A DNA stretch of 64,000 bases from Planctomycetota bacterium. Its GTDB lineage: Bacteria > Planctomycetota > JAJSAM01 > JAJVHW01. Both the position numbers and the translations under genes were made by a program. The notes under the pieces were generated by a model. The model saw only the letters and a program-made list of their open reading frames with translations. It was not told the origin of the DNA and ran no database searches. Each line of letters begins with the position of its first letter. Position 1 is the stretch's first letter. Positions 1 to 8,704 of the stretch are shown in pieces. The stretch is taken from positions 512,001 through 576,000 of the forward strand of contig CBDFJG010000001.1 of assembly GCA_965248445.1 (NCBI GenBank). Direction: 5' to 3'.

Positions 1-726
1 ATCGCCCAGGCGGTAGCGGATGCGGGCGCGCAGGTCTTGCGCGGCGGCGCGTTCAAGCCGCGCACCTCGCCCTACGACTTCCGGGGCCTCGGCCCCGAGG
101 GTCTCGAGATCCTCGCCGAAGCGCGCGAGCGCACGGGACTGCCGGTCGTCACCGAGGTCCTCGACCCGCGTGACGTCCCACTCGTCGCGGACATGGCCGA
201 CATGCTGCAGATCGGCTCGCGCAACATGCACAACTTCGCGCTGCTCGACGAGGTCGGCAAGACCGACAAGCCGGTGCTGCTCAAGCGCGGTATGAGCGCC
301 ACGGTCGACGAACTGTTGACCTCCGCCGAGTACCTCATGGCCGGCGGCAACGAGCAGATCGTGCTCTGCGAACGCGGCATCCGCACGTTCGAGCGCGGCT
401 CGCGCAACACCCTCGACCTGACGGCCGTCCCGCTCCTCGCAGAGAAGACGCACCTGCCCGTGGCGGTCGACCCCTCGCACGCGTGCGGTCGCCGCACGCT
501 GGTGCCGTCGCTTGCGCGCGCCGCCGCGGCCGCGGGCGCCGCGGGCATCATGATCGAGGTGCACGTCACGCCGGAACTCGCGCGCTGCGACTCCAAGCAG
601 GCCGTGCTGCCCGAGGAACTGGCGGCGATCGTGCGGGACGTCCGCAAGATCGACGCGGCTCTGCGCCCTGCGCCGCTCGCAACGCCGGCGCCGGATCCCG
701 AGCCGGAGGGAGAGCCTGTCACGTGA
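1..726 (+). CDS. aroF: 3-deoxy-7-phosphoheptulonate (DAHP) synthase, class I-beta; 5' end outside the window
   Basis: Frame is open from base 1; motifs [47 protein letters not shown]. Confidence 0.95.
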   Translation: MAQAVADAGAQVLRGGAFKPRTSPYDFRGLGPEGLEILAEARERTGLPVVTEVLDPRDVPLVADMADMLQIGSRNMHNFALLDEVGKTDKPVLLKRGMSATVDELLTSAEYLMAGGNEQIVLCERGIRTFERGSRNTLDLTAVPLLAEKTHLPVAVDPSHACGRRTLVPSLARAAAAAGAAGIMIEVHVTPELARCDSKQAVLPEELAAIVRDVRKIDAALRPAPLATPAPDPEPEGEPVT

Positions 727-1475
727 GCCGGCCACCCCTCATCGCCGGGAACTGGAAGATGAACCTCCTCGCGGCCGAGGCGCGCTCGCTGGCGAAGGCC
801 GTGGCACTGGCCGCCAACGACATCGAGGGGCCGGACGTCGCAGTGTTCCCGTCGTACACGCTGCTCGGCTCCGCGCACACGGCGTTGGCCAGGTCGCGGG
901 TCTGGCTCGGCGGACAGGCGTGTCACGAGTCTTCGAGCGGCGCGCACACCGGCGAGGTGTCGGCGGCGATGCTCGTCGACGCGGGATGCACGGCGGTGCT
1001 CTGCGGGCACAGCGAGCGCCGCGCGGCCGGAGCGAGCGACCAGCAGGTCGGCGCGCGGGCGCGCACGGCGCTCGACCACCGACTGCGCGTGATCTGCTGC
1101 GTCGGAGAGACGCTCGACGAGCGCGACGCCGGCACGACCGATGACGTGCTCGCGCGGCAACTCGCCGCCATCACCGCAGCAGTCGGCGCCGCGGATCTCG
1201 CGAGCTTCGACGTCGCGTACGAACCCGTCTGGGCGATCGGAACGGGCAAGACCGCGACGCCCGAGATCGCTGCGACAGCGCACCGCTTCCTGCGCGGCCG
1301 CCTCGTGGAGGCCTTCGGAGACAAGGGTCGCGACCCGCGCATCCTGTACGGCGGCAGCGTCAAGCCGGGCAACGTCTCGGAATTGCTGGCGGCCGACGAG
1401 GTCGGCGGCGCCCTCGTCGGCGGCGCCTCGCTCGCCGCGGACTCGTTCCGCGCTCTGGTCGCCGCCGGCGCATAG
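723..1475 (+). CDS. tpiA: Triosephosphate isomerase
   Basis: GTG start overlaps the aroF stop; motifs [40 protein letters not shown]. Confidence 0.97.
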   Translation: MSRPPLIAGNWKMNLLAAEARSLAKAVALAANDIEGPDVAVFPSYTLLGSAHTALARSRVWLGGQACHESSSGAHTGEVSAAMLVDAGCTAVLCGHSERRAAGASDQQVGARARTALDHRLRVICCVGETLDERDAGTTDDVLARQLAAITAAVGAADLASFDVAYEPVWAIGTGKTATPEIAATAHRFLRGRLVEAFGDKGRDPRILYGGSVKPGNVSELLAADEVGGALVGGASLAADSFRALVAAGA

Positions 1476-1513
1476 CCCTTCGCCATCCCGCCCGGCCGCC
1501 CGTCCAAGGGGTC

Positions 1514-1741
1514 ATGACGGCTCTGCTCCCTCCCCTCCTGGCGGTCATCGCGATCCTGGCCGCCCTCGCCCTCACGCTGGTGATCCTGCTCCAGGAACCG
1601 AAGGGAGGCGGGCTCGCCACAGCCTTCGGGGGCGCCGGAGAGGCCGTGCTGGGCACCGCCGAGGCGCCCGTGAGGCGGCTGACGGCCGGGTTGGCCGCGA
1701 CCTGGATCTGCGCGACGCTCGCGCACGCACTGCTCATCTGA
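1514..1741 (+). CDS. secG: Preprotein translocase subunit SecG (copy 1)
   Basis: Two TM segments flanking VILLQEPKGGGLATAFGG; usual position after tpiA. Confidence 0.85.
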   Translation: MTALLPPLLAVIAILAALALTLVILLQEPKGGGLATAFGGAGEAVLGTAEAPVRRLTAGLAATWICATLAHALLI

Positions 1742-1847
1742 GTGGAGGGCCGCGCTCGCTCATGACTGGACCCCGCGGTGGTCCTCGCCATGATGTGGGG
1801 TTCGCACCGCGGCGCACCGTCACGTCCGCCGCGGCAGGAGGCGCAGG

Positions 1848-2162
1848 ATGGAATTCATACTCGGAGTCTTGGCCGTCTCGGCCGTCGTCCTCTCACTGGT
1901 GCTCACCGTGGTCATCCTGCTTCAGGAGCCGAAGGGCGGCGGACTGGCCGCAGCGCTCGGCGGCAGCGGCATGGAGGCCATCGGCGTCAACACCGGAAGC
2001 GTCAACCGCTTCACGATGACAGTCGCCGGCATCTGGATCGTCATCTGCCTCTTCCACGCGATGCTCATGTCTCCGCCCGTCGCGGTCGACGGAGGCGACG
2101 GGGACACGCCGGCCGACACGGGCGGAGACGGCACGCCGCCCGGCGGCGACGAGAACGAGTAG
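1848..2162 (+). CDS. secG: Preprotein translocase subunit SecG (copy 2, acidic C-terminal tail)
   Basis: VILLQEPKGGGLAAALGG between two TM segments; AGGAGG RBS upstream. Confidence 0.88.
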   Translation: MEFILGVLAVSAVVLSLVLTVVILLQEPKGGGLAAALGGSGMEAIGVNTGSVNRFTMTVAGIWIVICLFHAMLMSPPVAVDGGDGDTPADTGGDGTPPGGDENE

Positions 2163-3058
2163 TGCCCGCCGCGCGAGGCCTCCGCTCGATGACGGGCTTC
2201 GGCCGCGCGGAACGCACGGGATCGGCCGTCGAGGCTCATGTCGAAGTGCGTTCGGTGAACGCGCGGCACCTCAAGGTGTCGTGCCGCGTACCCACCGCGC
2301 TCGAGTCGAGCCAGCAGGCGCTCGAGGCACGGGTCAAGGAACGTTGCGAACGCGGCACCGTCACGCTCTCCGTGCGGATCGAACGCACGACGGGGCGCGC
2401 GCCTGCCCGCATCGATCCCACCGTGCTCGCGGACTACGTCGAACAGTTGCGCGGTGCCGCGCGCATCGCGGGGCTGTCGACCGACGTCGATCCCGCTGCA
2501 CTCGTGCGCTTGCCGGGTGCACTCGTCGACGTCGCGCCCGAGGAGGACACGGGCGAGGGAGACCTCGCACTCGCGGTGCTGGCGCTCGACGCGGCGTTGG
2601 ACGAGCTGGTCGAGATGCGTGAGCGAGAGGGAGCCTCTCTCGCAGTGACGCTGAGCGGAATCCTCGACACGATCGACACGCACGCGGTCACGGTGGCCGG
2701 GCGTGCGCCCGCCGCGATCCTGGAACACCGCGACCGCATGCGTGAGCGCCTAGCCGCGCTGCTCGACGGATCGACGCCCGTGCCCGAAGAGATGCTCGCG
2801 CGCGAGATCGCCGTCCTCGTCGAGAAGACCGACATCGCCGAGGAGCTCCAGCGCCTCGAGAGCCACGTCGCGCAGACCCGTGCGGCGATAACCGCCGGCG
2901 AGTCCTGCGGACGCCGTCTCGAGTTCCTCGCGCAGGAGATGGGCCGGGAGGCCAACACGATCGGCGCCAAGGCGACCGATCAGGTGATCCGCGACGCAGG
3001 GGTCGAGATGCGGCTCCTCGTGGACCGCCTGAAAGAGCAGGCGGCGAACATCGAGTGA
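2162..3058 (+). CDS. yicC: YicC/YloC family endoribonuclease (start 2162 GTG or 2189 ATG)
   Basis: SMTGFGR, EVRSVNAR, DIAEELQRL, GRRLEFLAQEMGREANTIGAK, EQAANIE; upstream of gmk. Confidence 0.93.
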   Translation: MPAARGLRSMTGFGRAERTGSAVEAHVEVRSVNARHLKVSCRVPTALESSQQALEARVKERCERGTVTLSVRIERTTGRAPARIDPTVLADYVEQLRGAARIAGLSTDVDPAALVRLPGALVDVAPEEDTGEGDLALAVLALDAALDELVEMREREGASLAVTLSGILDTIDTHAVTVAGRAPAAILEHRDRMRERLAALLDGSTPVPEEMLAREIAVLVEKTDIAEELQRLESHVAQTRAAITAGESCGRRLEFLAQEMGREANTIGAKATDQVIRDAGVEMRLLVDRLKEQAANIE

Positions 3059-3624
3059 GCGACGCCGGCCGGCTGCTGGTCCTGTCGGGCCCGTCGGGTG
3101 TGGGCAAAACGACGATCGCGCAGGGGCTCCTCGAGCACGGCCGCATCGACCGCGCGATCACGGCCACCACGCGCGCCCCGCGCCCGGGCGAGCGGCACGG
3201 CCGGGACTATCTGTTCCTCTCCCGGGAGCAGTTCATCGAGGGCGTCACCGCCGGCCGGTTCCTGGAGCACGCCGAGGTCCACGGGAACCTCTACGGCACG
3301 CCGCGGGAGTCCGTCGAGCGGGTCCTCGCCGAGGGCAACGTCTGTCTCCTCGTGATCGACGTCCAGGGCGCTGCGATCCTCCGCGATCGGGGCACCGCCG
3401 CGACGTTCGTGTTCCTCGCGCCCCCCTCCTGGGAGGAACTGGAGCGCCGCCTCCGGGACCGCGGCTCCGAGGACGATGAGGCCGTCGAGCAGCGCCTCGC
3501 CCAGGCTCGCGTCGAGCTCGATCGGCAGGATGAGTACGACACCGTCGTTTTGAACGATGACGTCGAGGGGGCGATCGGCGAGATTGCCGGGCTCGCGCTC
3601 GGGACGGACGAGACGTCCCGATAG
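3055..3624 (+). CDS. gmk: Guanylate kinase
   Basis: LSGPSGVGKTT P-loop, TTRAPRPGE, NLYGTP, IDVQGA. Confidence 0.97.
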   Translation: MSDAGRLLVLSGPSGVGKTTIAQGLLEHGRIDRAITATTRAPRPGERHGRDYLFLSREQFIEGVTAGRFLEHAEVHGNLYGTPRESVERVLAEGNVCLLVIDVQGAAILRDRGTAATFVFLAPPSWEELERRLRDRGSEDDEAVEQRLAQARVELDRQDEYDTVVLNDDVEGAIGEIAGLALGTDETSR

Positions 3625-3682
3625 CAGGCGCCAGTCACCCCCGCTCACGAGCGCCGAGCCGCCTTCGGAGGAGTAAGCCCCC

Positions 3683-3892
3683 ATGGGTATCGACACCATC
3701 CGGCAGATCGACCGTCTGGACTCGAAGGTGGGCAGCCGCTTCATGCTGACCGCCCTGATCCAGCGGCGCATCCAGGAGCTGATCCGAGGCTCGCCGCGCT
3801 TCGCCGACGGTTCCACGCCTCTGCGCATCGCGTTGGCCGAGATCGAGCAGGGCAAGATCGAGTGGGCCGAGAACGAGGAGTCGGTTCTCTGA
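3683..3892 (+). CDS. rpoZ: RNA polymerase omega subunit
   Basis: 69 aa, KVGSRFML...ALAEIEQGKI; between gmk and coaC; GGAGGAG RBS. Confidence 0.88.
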   Translation: MGIDTIRQIDRLDSKVGSRFMLTALIQRRIQELIRGSPRFADGSTPLRIALAEIEQGKIEWAENEESVL

Positions 3893-3918
3893 GTCGTCTC
3901 TCTGGGGACCGTCCCGAC

Positions 3919-4467
3919 GTGTCCGCGCGCGGCCGCCGCATCATCCTCGGAGTAACCGGCAGCATCGCCGCGTACAAGGGCGCCGACCTCTGCTCGAAGC
4001 TCGTGCAGGCTGGCCACGACGTCACCGTCGTGATGACCGACTCAGCCACCAAGCTCGTGGGCCCGTTGACGTTCGCGGCGCTCAGCGGCCGCCCCCCCGC
4101 CACGAACCCGTTCAAGCAGACCGAAGGACTGAACGTCGAGCACATTCAGCTTGCCGATGACGCCGAGGTGTTCGTCGTCGCGCCTGCGACGGCCAACTTC
4201 ATCGCGAAAGCCGCGGTGGGAATTGCCGACGACCTGCTCACGTCGACACTTCTCGCTGTCACGTGCCCCGTGCTGATCGCTCCGGCCATGAACGTGCGCA
4301 TGTGGAACCACAAGACGGTCACGCGCAACGTGGAGACGTGCCTCGAACTCGGCTACGGGTTCATCGAGCCCGGCGAGGGCTTCCAGGCCTGCGGCGACGT
4401 CGGTGCCGGGCGTCTCGCGGAACCCGACGCGATCCTCGAGCGCGTCGAGGCGTTGCTGCAGTCGTGA
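3919..4467 (+). CDS. coaC: Phosphopantothenoylcysteine decarboxylase (stand-alone flavoprotein half of CoaBC)
   Basis: GVTGSIAAYK, VAPATANFIAK, GIADDLL, APAMNVRMW, ACGDVGAGRL. Confidence 0.93.
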   Translation: MSARGRRIILGVTGSIAAYKGADLCSKLVQAGHDVTVVMTDSATKLVGPLTFAALSGRPPATNPFKQTEGLNVEHIQLADDAEVFVVAPATANFIAKAAVGIADDLLTSTLLAVTCPVLIAPAMNVRMWNHKTVTRNVETCLELGYGFIEPGEGFQACGDVGAGRLAEPDAILERVEALLQS

Positions 4468-5319
4468 ACGGTCGCGGGGTGATCGTTGCGGCGATGCTGT
4501 TCCTGACGGCGTGCGCGCAGACCGCCCCGCCCGCCCCGCGTCGCCAAGCCCCGCCCGCTCCGCGTCCGCAGCCGCGCGTCGAACGCCCGCCGGATCCCGC
4601 GCCCGCGGTTGCACCCGCGCGTCCCACAGTGGCGCCCGTGATCGCCGACGACGCGACACTGCAAGCAGTGGCCAGAGCGGTGCCCAAGCTGGACTACGTC
4701 GGCACAGTCCCCGCGCGCTGCGCGCTGCGCCGGGGCGTCACGCGACGTCTCCACCTGGCTCGATACGCGCAACGGCCTCGCCTTCGTGCTGGTCCCGGCC
4801 GGCACCTACACGGCGGGTGCGCCGGACGACGGGAAGGGCACGTTCCTCGACGCGGGCGTGCGTCGCGCATCGGTCTCTGGCCCATTCCTGATCTGCACCA
4901 CCGAGCTGAACGTCAAAGCCGCCCGCGACGTGGGCATGCAGCGGTACCGCGCGCTCCCCCCTGCCCAGCCAGCCGGGCTGATCCGCCATCACGAGGCGAT
5001 GACGGTCTGCGGCCTCCTCGGGTACGACCTTCCCACCGAGGACGAGTGGGAGTGGGCCGCCCGCGGGGCGGTGCCCGACGGCACGAGCTGCGCGCCGGCC
5101 GCGAACGCCCTGAGCCTCGAACAGGTGGCGGGCGGCCTGTGGGAGTGGTGCAAGGACCGCACGACCGTCGGCGGCGTGACGGGCTTCCCGATCCGCGGCG
5201 GCGCGGACGACTCGCACGGCTGGCAGCGCCACGTCGCCCGCCGCGAGGTGCTGCACGACAGCACCGAGACCGCCGAGAACATCGGCTTCCGCCCGGTCAT
5301 CCGGTTCAGCGCGCGCTGA
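4464..5319 (+). pseudogene. Lipoprotein with formylglycine-generating-enzyme (FGE/SUMF1)-like domain, frameshifted at ~4713-4726
   Basis: Lipobox LTAC and Pro-rich linker lie in one frame; FVLVPAG, LPTEDEWEWAARG, GGLWEWC and IGFRPV lie in another. A tandem 7-bp duplication (GCGCGCT x2) accounts exactly for the shift. Confidence 0.8.
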
Positions 5320-5929
5320 GACCCTCGATCAGCGTCATCAGCCGGTCAGCCAATGCGTCCTTCGAACCTGACGCGTCGGTCAGTTCGTCGTCGGCACCGA
5401 GTATCCGGAACGCGCCGTCCACGCTGCCGATCTCGTCCGGGCCGTCGATCACGATCACGTCGAGGTGCTTCTCCCGCAGCTTGCGACGGGCGTGCTCGAG
5501 GGCGTCGTCGACCTGCAGCGCGAACCCGATGCAGACGCGGTCGCCCTTGGTCGAGGCGAGCGACGCGAGGATGTCAGGATTGCGTGTCAGTTCGAGCGTG
5601 ACGGCACGCTCACCCTTCGTGCGTTTGCCGTCGATGCGCTCCGCCGGCCGGTAGTCGCACACGGCCGCCGTCGCCACGAGCGCGTGGCAGTCGTCCCACA
5701 TCGCGCGGGCCGCGGCGTGCATCTCGCGGGCCGACGTCACGTTGACGACCGCGAAGATCCCCGCGGGCGGTGTGAGGAGCGTCGGGCCGAGAACGAGCAC
5801 AGCCTCGTGCCCGCGGCTTTGCGCGGCGAGCGCCATCGAGAACCCCATGCGGCCGGATGCGGCGTTGCCGAGAAAGCGCACGTCGTCCCAATGCTCGTGG
5901 GTCGGGCCGCCGGTGATCAGGACGCGCAT
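5306..5929 (-). CDS. coaB: Phosphopantothenate--cysteine ligase (stand-alone CoaB half)
   Basis: LITGGPTHE, DDVRFLGNAASGRMG, AAVCDYRP, NPDILA, IGFAL. Confidence 0.93.
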   Translation of the reverse strand: MRVLITGGPTHEHWDDVRFLGNAASGRMGFSMALAAQSRGHEAVLVLGPTLLTPPAGIFAVVNVTSAREMHAAARAMWDDCHALVATAAVCDYRPAERIDGKRTKGERAVTLELTRNPDILASLASTKGDRVCIGFALQVDDALEHARRKLREKHLDVIVIDGPDEIGSVDGAFRILGADDELTDASGSKDALADRLMTLIEGLSAR

Positions 5930-6088
5930 GGCTGAAGGCTAGCGGAGGGCCGACTGCCCGCGCAGCGTCGCCCTCCGTTCGCCCACTCCGCTGCGGCCAG
6001 AGGCCTCCGCTGCGCGTTCGTGCCTTCCCGAGCGTCCGCAGGACGCTCGGGATCCGCCTGCGGCGGACCGGCTCTCACCCACGACATG

Positions 6089-6116
6089 TTGCGCTCTAAA
6101 GTCCGTGGACTACAAT
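6089..6116 (+). promoter_or_regulatory. Putative sigma70 promoter for ftsK
   Basis: TTGCGC-N16-TACAAT, just upstream of the TTG start at 6140. Confidence 0.5.
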
Positions 6117-6139
6117 CCCTGGCGAAAGGTCGCAATCCA

Positions 6140-8617
6140 TTGGCCCGTAAGAAGAAGAAGCCGCGCCGGGTTCCGGAGCGGGGCAGGGATCTCGTCGCCG
6201 AGGCGCTCGTCGTGGGCGCGCTCGCTCTCCTGACCTTGGTCCTCGTCGCACTGGTCACGTACTCGCCGGAGCCCGCGGGGCCGTCGGGTCAGCGCGCGTT
6301 CGTCGGCGTCGTCGGTCACGGTCTAGCCCACGCCCTCTGGCACACGTTCGGCGTCGTGTCGTTCGCGCTGGTCGGCTTCGGCCTCTTCACTGCCGTGGTG
6401 CGCCTCGTCACGCACAGGGTCTCGACGCCCATCCTGCGCGTCGTCGGCGCGGTCCTGCTGACCCTCGGCCTCTGCGGTCTCGTGCACCAGTCACTGCGAC
6501 CGCGTGGCGTCATCCTCGGGGGCGAGCACCCGATCGACGTGACCCCGGGAGGTGCGCTGGGCGAGGGCGTGTTCGATCTGATGGTCGTGCCGTTCGGAGC
6601 ATTCGGTTCGTTCCTGTTCGCCGTCGTGCTCACGTGCACCGGATTCGCGCTCGCCACCGACTGGCTACTCTACGAGATGCTCTACGACGGCATCCGGAAG
6701 GTGCTCTCGTTCGGCAGCCACGCGCGCAAGTTCTGGCCGCAGCCGGCGATTGCCGCGGTGGGAGCGATGGGTTCCAAGGCGCGGGACATGCTGCGCCGCG
6801 ATCCCGATGCCGCGGCCGCGCAGCAGGTGCGCGACATGACGAAGGCCGCATCCGTTGCTCAGTCGGCCGCTACCGCGGTCGCGCCGCCCCCTGAGGACGC
6901 AGTCAAGTCCACGAGCCTCCACGATCCGGTCGTGGTCGTTGCTCCCGACTTGCTGCCTGGCGGTGCGGCCTCGGGTGCGGCGGGCGGGCCGTCCGCGTCC
7001 ATGCAGTTCGATTCGCACGCGGCGCCGACGCCGTCTGCGCCCATCGAACAGGAGCCCGTGCTCGAGGTGAAGCTCGCACCCGCTCCCGACCCGCAACCCG
7101 CCAAAGTCGCCAAGCCGCGGCGCAAGGGTAAGTACGAGTTGCCGGGCCTCGATCTGCTCGACCGCCCGCGTCCGCGAGACCTGCGGTCGCTCGAACGGGC
7201 GATCCAGGCGAACGCCGACATCCTGCAGCGCACGTTGCAGGAATTCCGCATCGACGGCCGCGTGGTCGCGTTCCAGCAGGGACCCGTCGTCACGATGCTC
7301 GAGGTCGCGCTCTCACCGGGCACGAAGGTCACGAAGATCCACTCCCTCGCGGACGACCTGGCGATGGCGCTCAAGGTGCAGTCCGTGCGGATCGTGGCCC
7401 CGATCCCGGGCAAGAGCACGGTGGGCGTCGAGATCCCGAACCCGGTGCGCGAGGACGTGCGGCTCATCTCGCTGCTGGAAAGCGAGGCGTTCAGGAGCGG
7501 AGAGCAGGCCCTTCCGCTCCTGCTCGGCATGCGGGGCGACGGCAGCGCGATGGTCGACGACCTGGCCGGGATGCCGCACCTGCTGCTCGCAGGCGCGACG
7601 GGGTCGGGCAAGTCGGTGTGCGTGAACACCGTGCTCTGTTCCATGCTGATGACGCGGTCGCCCGACGATGTGCGCTTGATCCTGATCGACCCCAAGCAGG
7701 TCGAGCTCGCGTTCTTCGCGAACGTGCCCCACCTGTTGTCGCCGGTCGTCACCGACATGAAGCGCGCGTCGTCGGTGCTCGAGTGGGCCGTGCAGAACAT
7801 GGAAGAGCGCTACGACCTGCTGCGCCGTTTCGAGGTCCGCAGCATCGCGTCGTACAACCAACTCGGCGAGCAGGCGATCAAGGCTCGCATCGAGGAGCTG
7901 GGGCTCTCCGACGAGATCATCCCGGTGCGGTTGCCGTACATCGTCATCATCGTGGACGAGCTGGCGGACCTCCTTCTCTCCGCCGGCAGGGACGTGGAGA
8001 AGCTGATCCAGCGGCTGGCGCAGAAGAGCCGCGCCGTCGGCATCCACATCATCCTCGCGACGCAGCGGCCGTCGACCGACGTCATCACGGGTCTCATCAA
8101 GGCGAACATGCCGACGCGCATCGCGTTCCAGGTGGCGAGCAAGGTCGACTCGCGCGTGATCCTCGATCAGAACGGCGCCGAGAAGCTGCTCGGCATGGGC
8201 GACATGCTGTATCTGCCGCCCCGCAGTTCGTCGATCCTGCGCGCGCAGGGGACATTCGTCAGCGACAAGGAAGTCAAACGGATCGTGAAGTTCCTGAAGG
8301 AACGCTACAGCCAGGAATTCGACGACGAGCTGACAACGCTCGGAACAACAGACCTCCTCGACGAAGCCGACAAGGACGTCCTGTACGACGAGGCCGTGCA
8401 GGTTGTCCTCGGTGAACGACGCGGCAGCGCGTCGCTCCTGCAGCGCGCGCTCGCCATCGGCTACACGCGCGCCAGCCGCCTGCTCGACCTCATGCGCAAG
8501 GAAGGCGTCGTCGGTGCCTACAAGGGCAGCAAGGCGAGCGACGTCCTGATGACCCTCGAGCAGTACCAGCAACGCGTCGCGGAGGCGCAGGCCGCGAAGA
8601 AGAAGGGCGGGGGCTGA
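6140..8617 (+). CDS. ftsK: DNA translocase FtsK (TM domain, linker, motor, gamma domain)
   Basis: N-terminal TM segments; MPHLLLAGATGSGKS Walker A; IVDELADL Walker B; ATQRPS; GAEKLLGMGDML; C-terminal SLLQRALAIGYTRASRL gamma domain. Confidence 0.97.
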   Translation: MARKKKKPRRVPERGRDLVAEALVVGALALLTLVLVALVTYSPEPAGPSGQRAFVGVVGHGLAHALWHTFGVVSFALVGFGLFTAVVRLVTHRVSTPILRVVGAVLLTLGLCGLVHQSLRPRGVILGGEHPIDVTPGGALGEGVFDLMVVPFGAFGSFLFAVVLTCTGFALATDWLLYEMLYDGIRKVLSFGSHARKFWPQPAIAAVGAMGSKARDMLRRDPDAAAAQQVRDMTKAASVAQSAATAVAPPPEDAVKSTSLHDPVVVVAPDLLPGGAASGAAGGPSASMQFDSHAAPTPSAPIEQEPVLEVKLAPAPDPQPAKVAKPRRKGKYELPGLDLLDRPRPRDLRSLERAIQANADILQRTLQEFRIDGRVVAFQQGPVVTMLEVALSPGTKVTKIHSLADDLAMALKVQSVRIVAPIPGKSTVGVEIPNPVREDVRLISLLESEAFRSGEQALPLLLGMRGDGSAMVDDLAGMPHLLLAGATGSGKSVCVNTVLCSMLMTRSPDDVRLILIDPKQVELAFFANVPHLLSPVVTDMKRASSVLEWAVQNMEERYDLLRRFEVRSIASYNQLGEQAIKARIEELGLSDEIIPVRLPYIVIIVDELADLLLSAGRDVEKLIQRLAQKSRAVGIHIILATQRPSTDVITGLIKANMPTRIAFQVASKVDSRVILDQNGAEKLLGMGDMLYLPPRSSSILRAQGTFVSDKEVKRIVKFLKERYSQEFDDELTTLGTTDLLDEADKDVLYDEAVQVVLGERRGSASLLQRALAIGYTRASRLLDLMRKEGVVGAYKGSKASDVLMTLEQYQQRVAEAQAAKKKGGG

Positions 8618-8704
8618 CATTCGTCACCCCCCTGCTTCGACCACCACCGCTGACCCGCCACGAGGCGGACAACCGGCCGACGCCGACCGGGACGGGAGGT
8701 TCGC

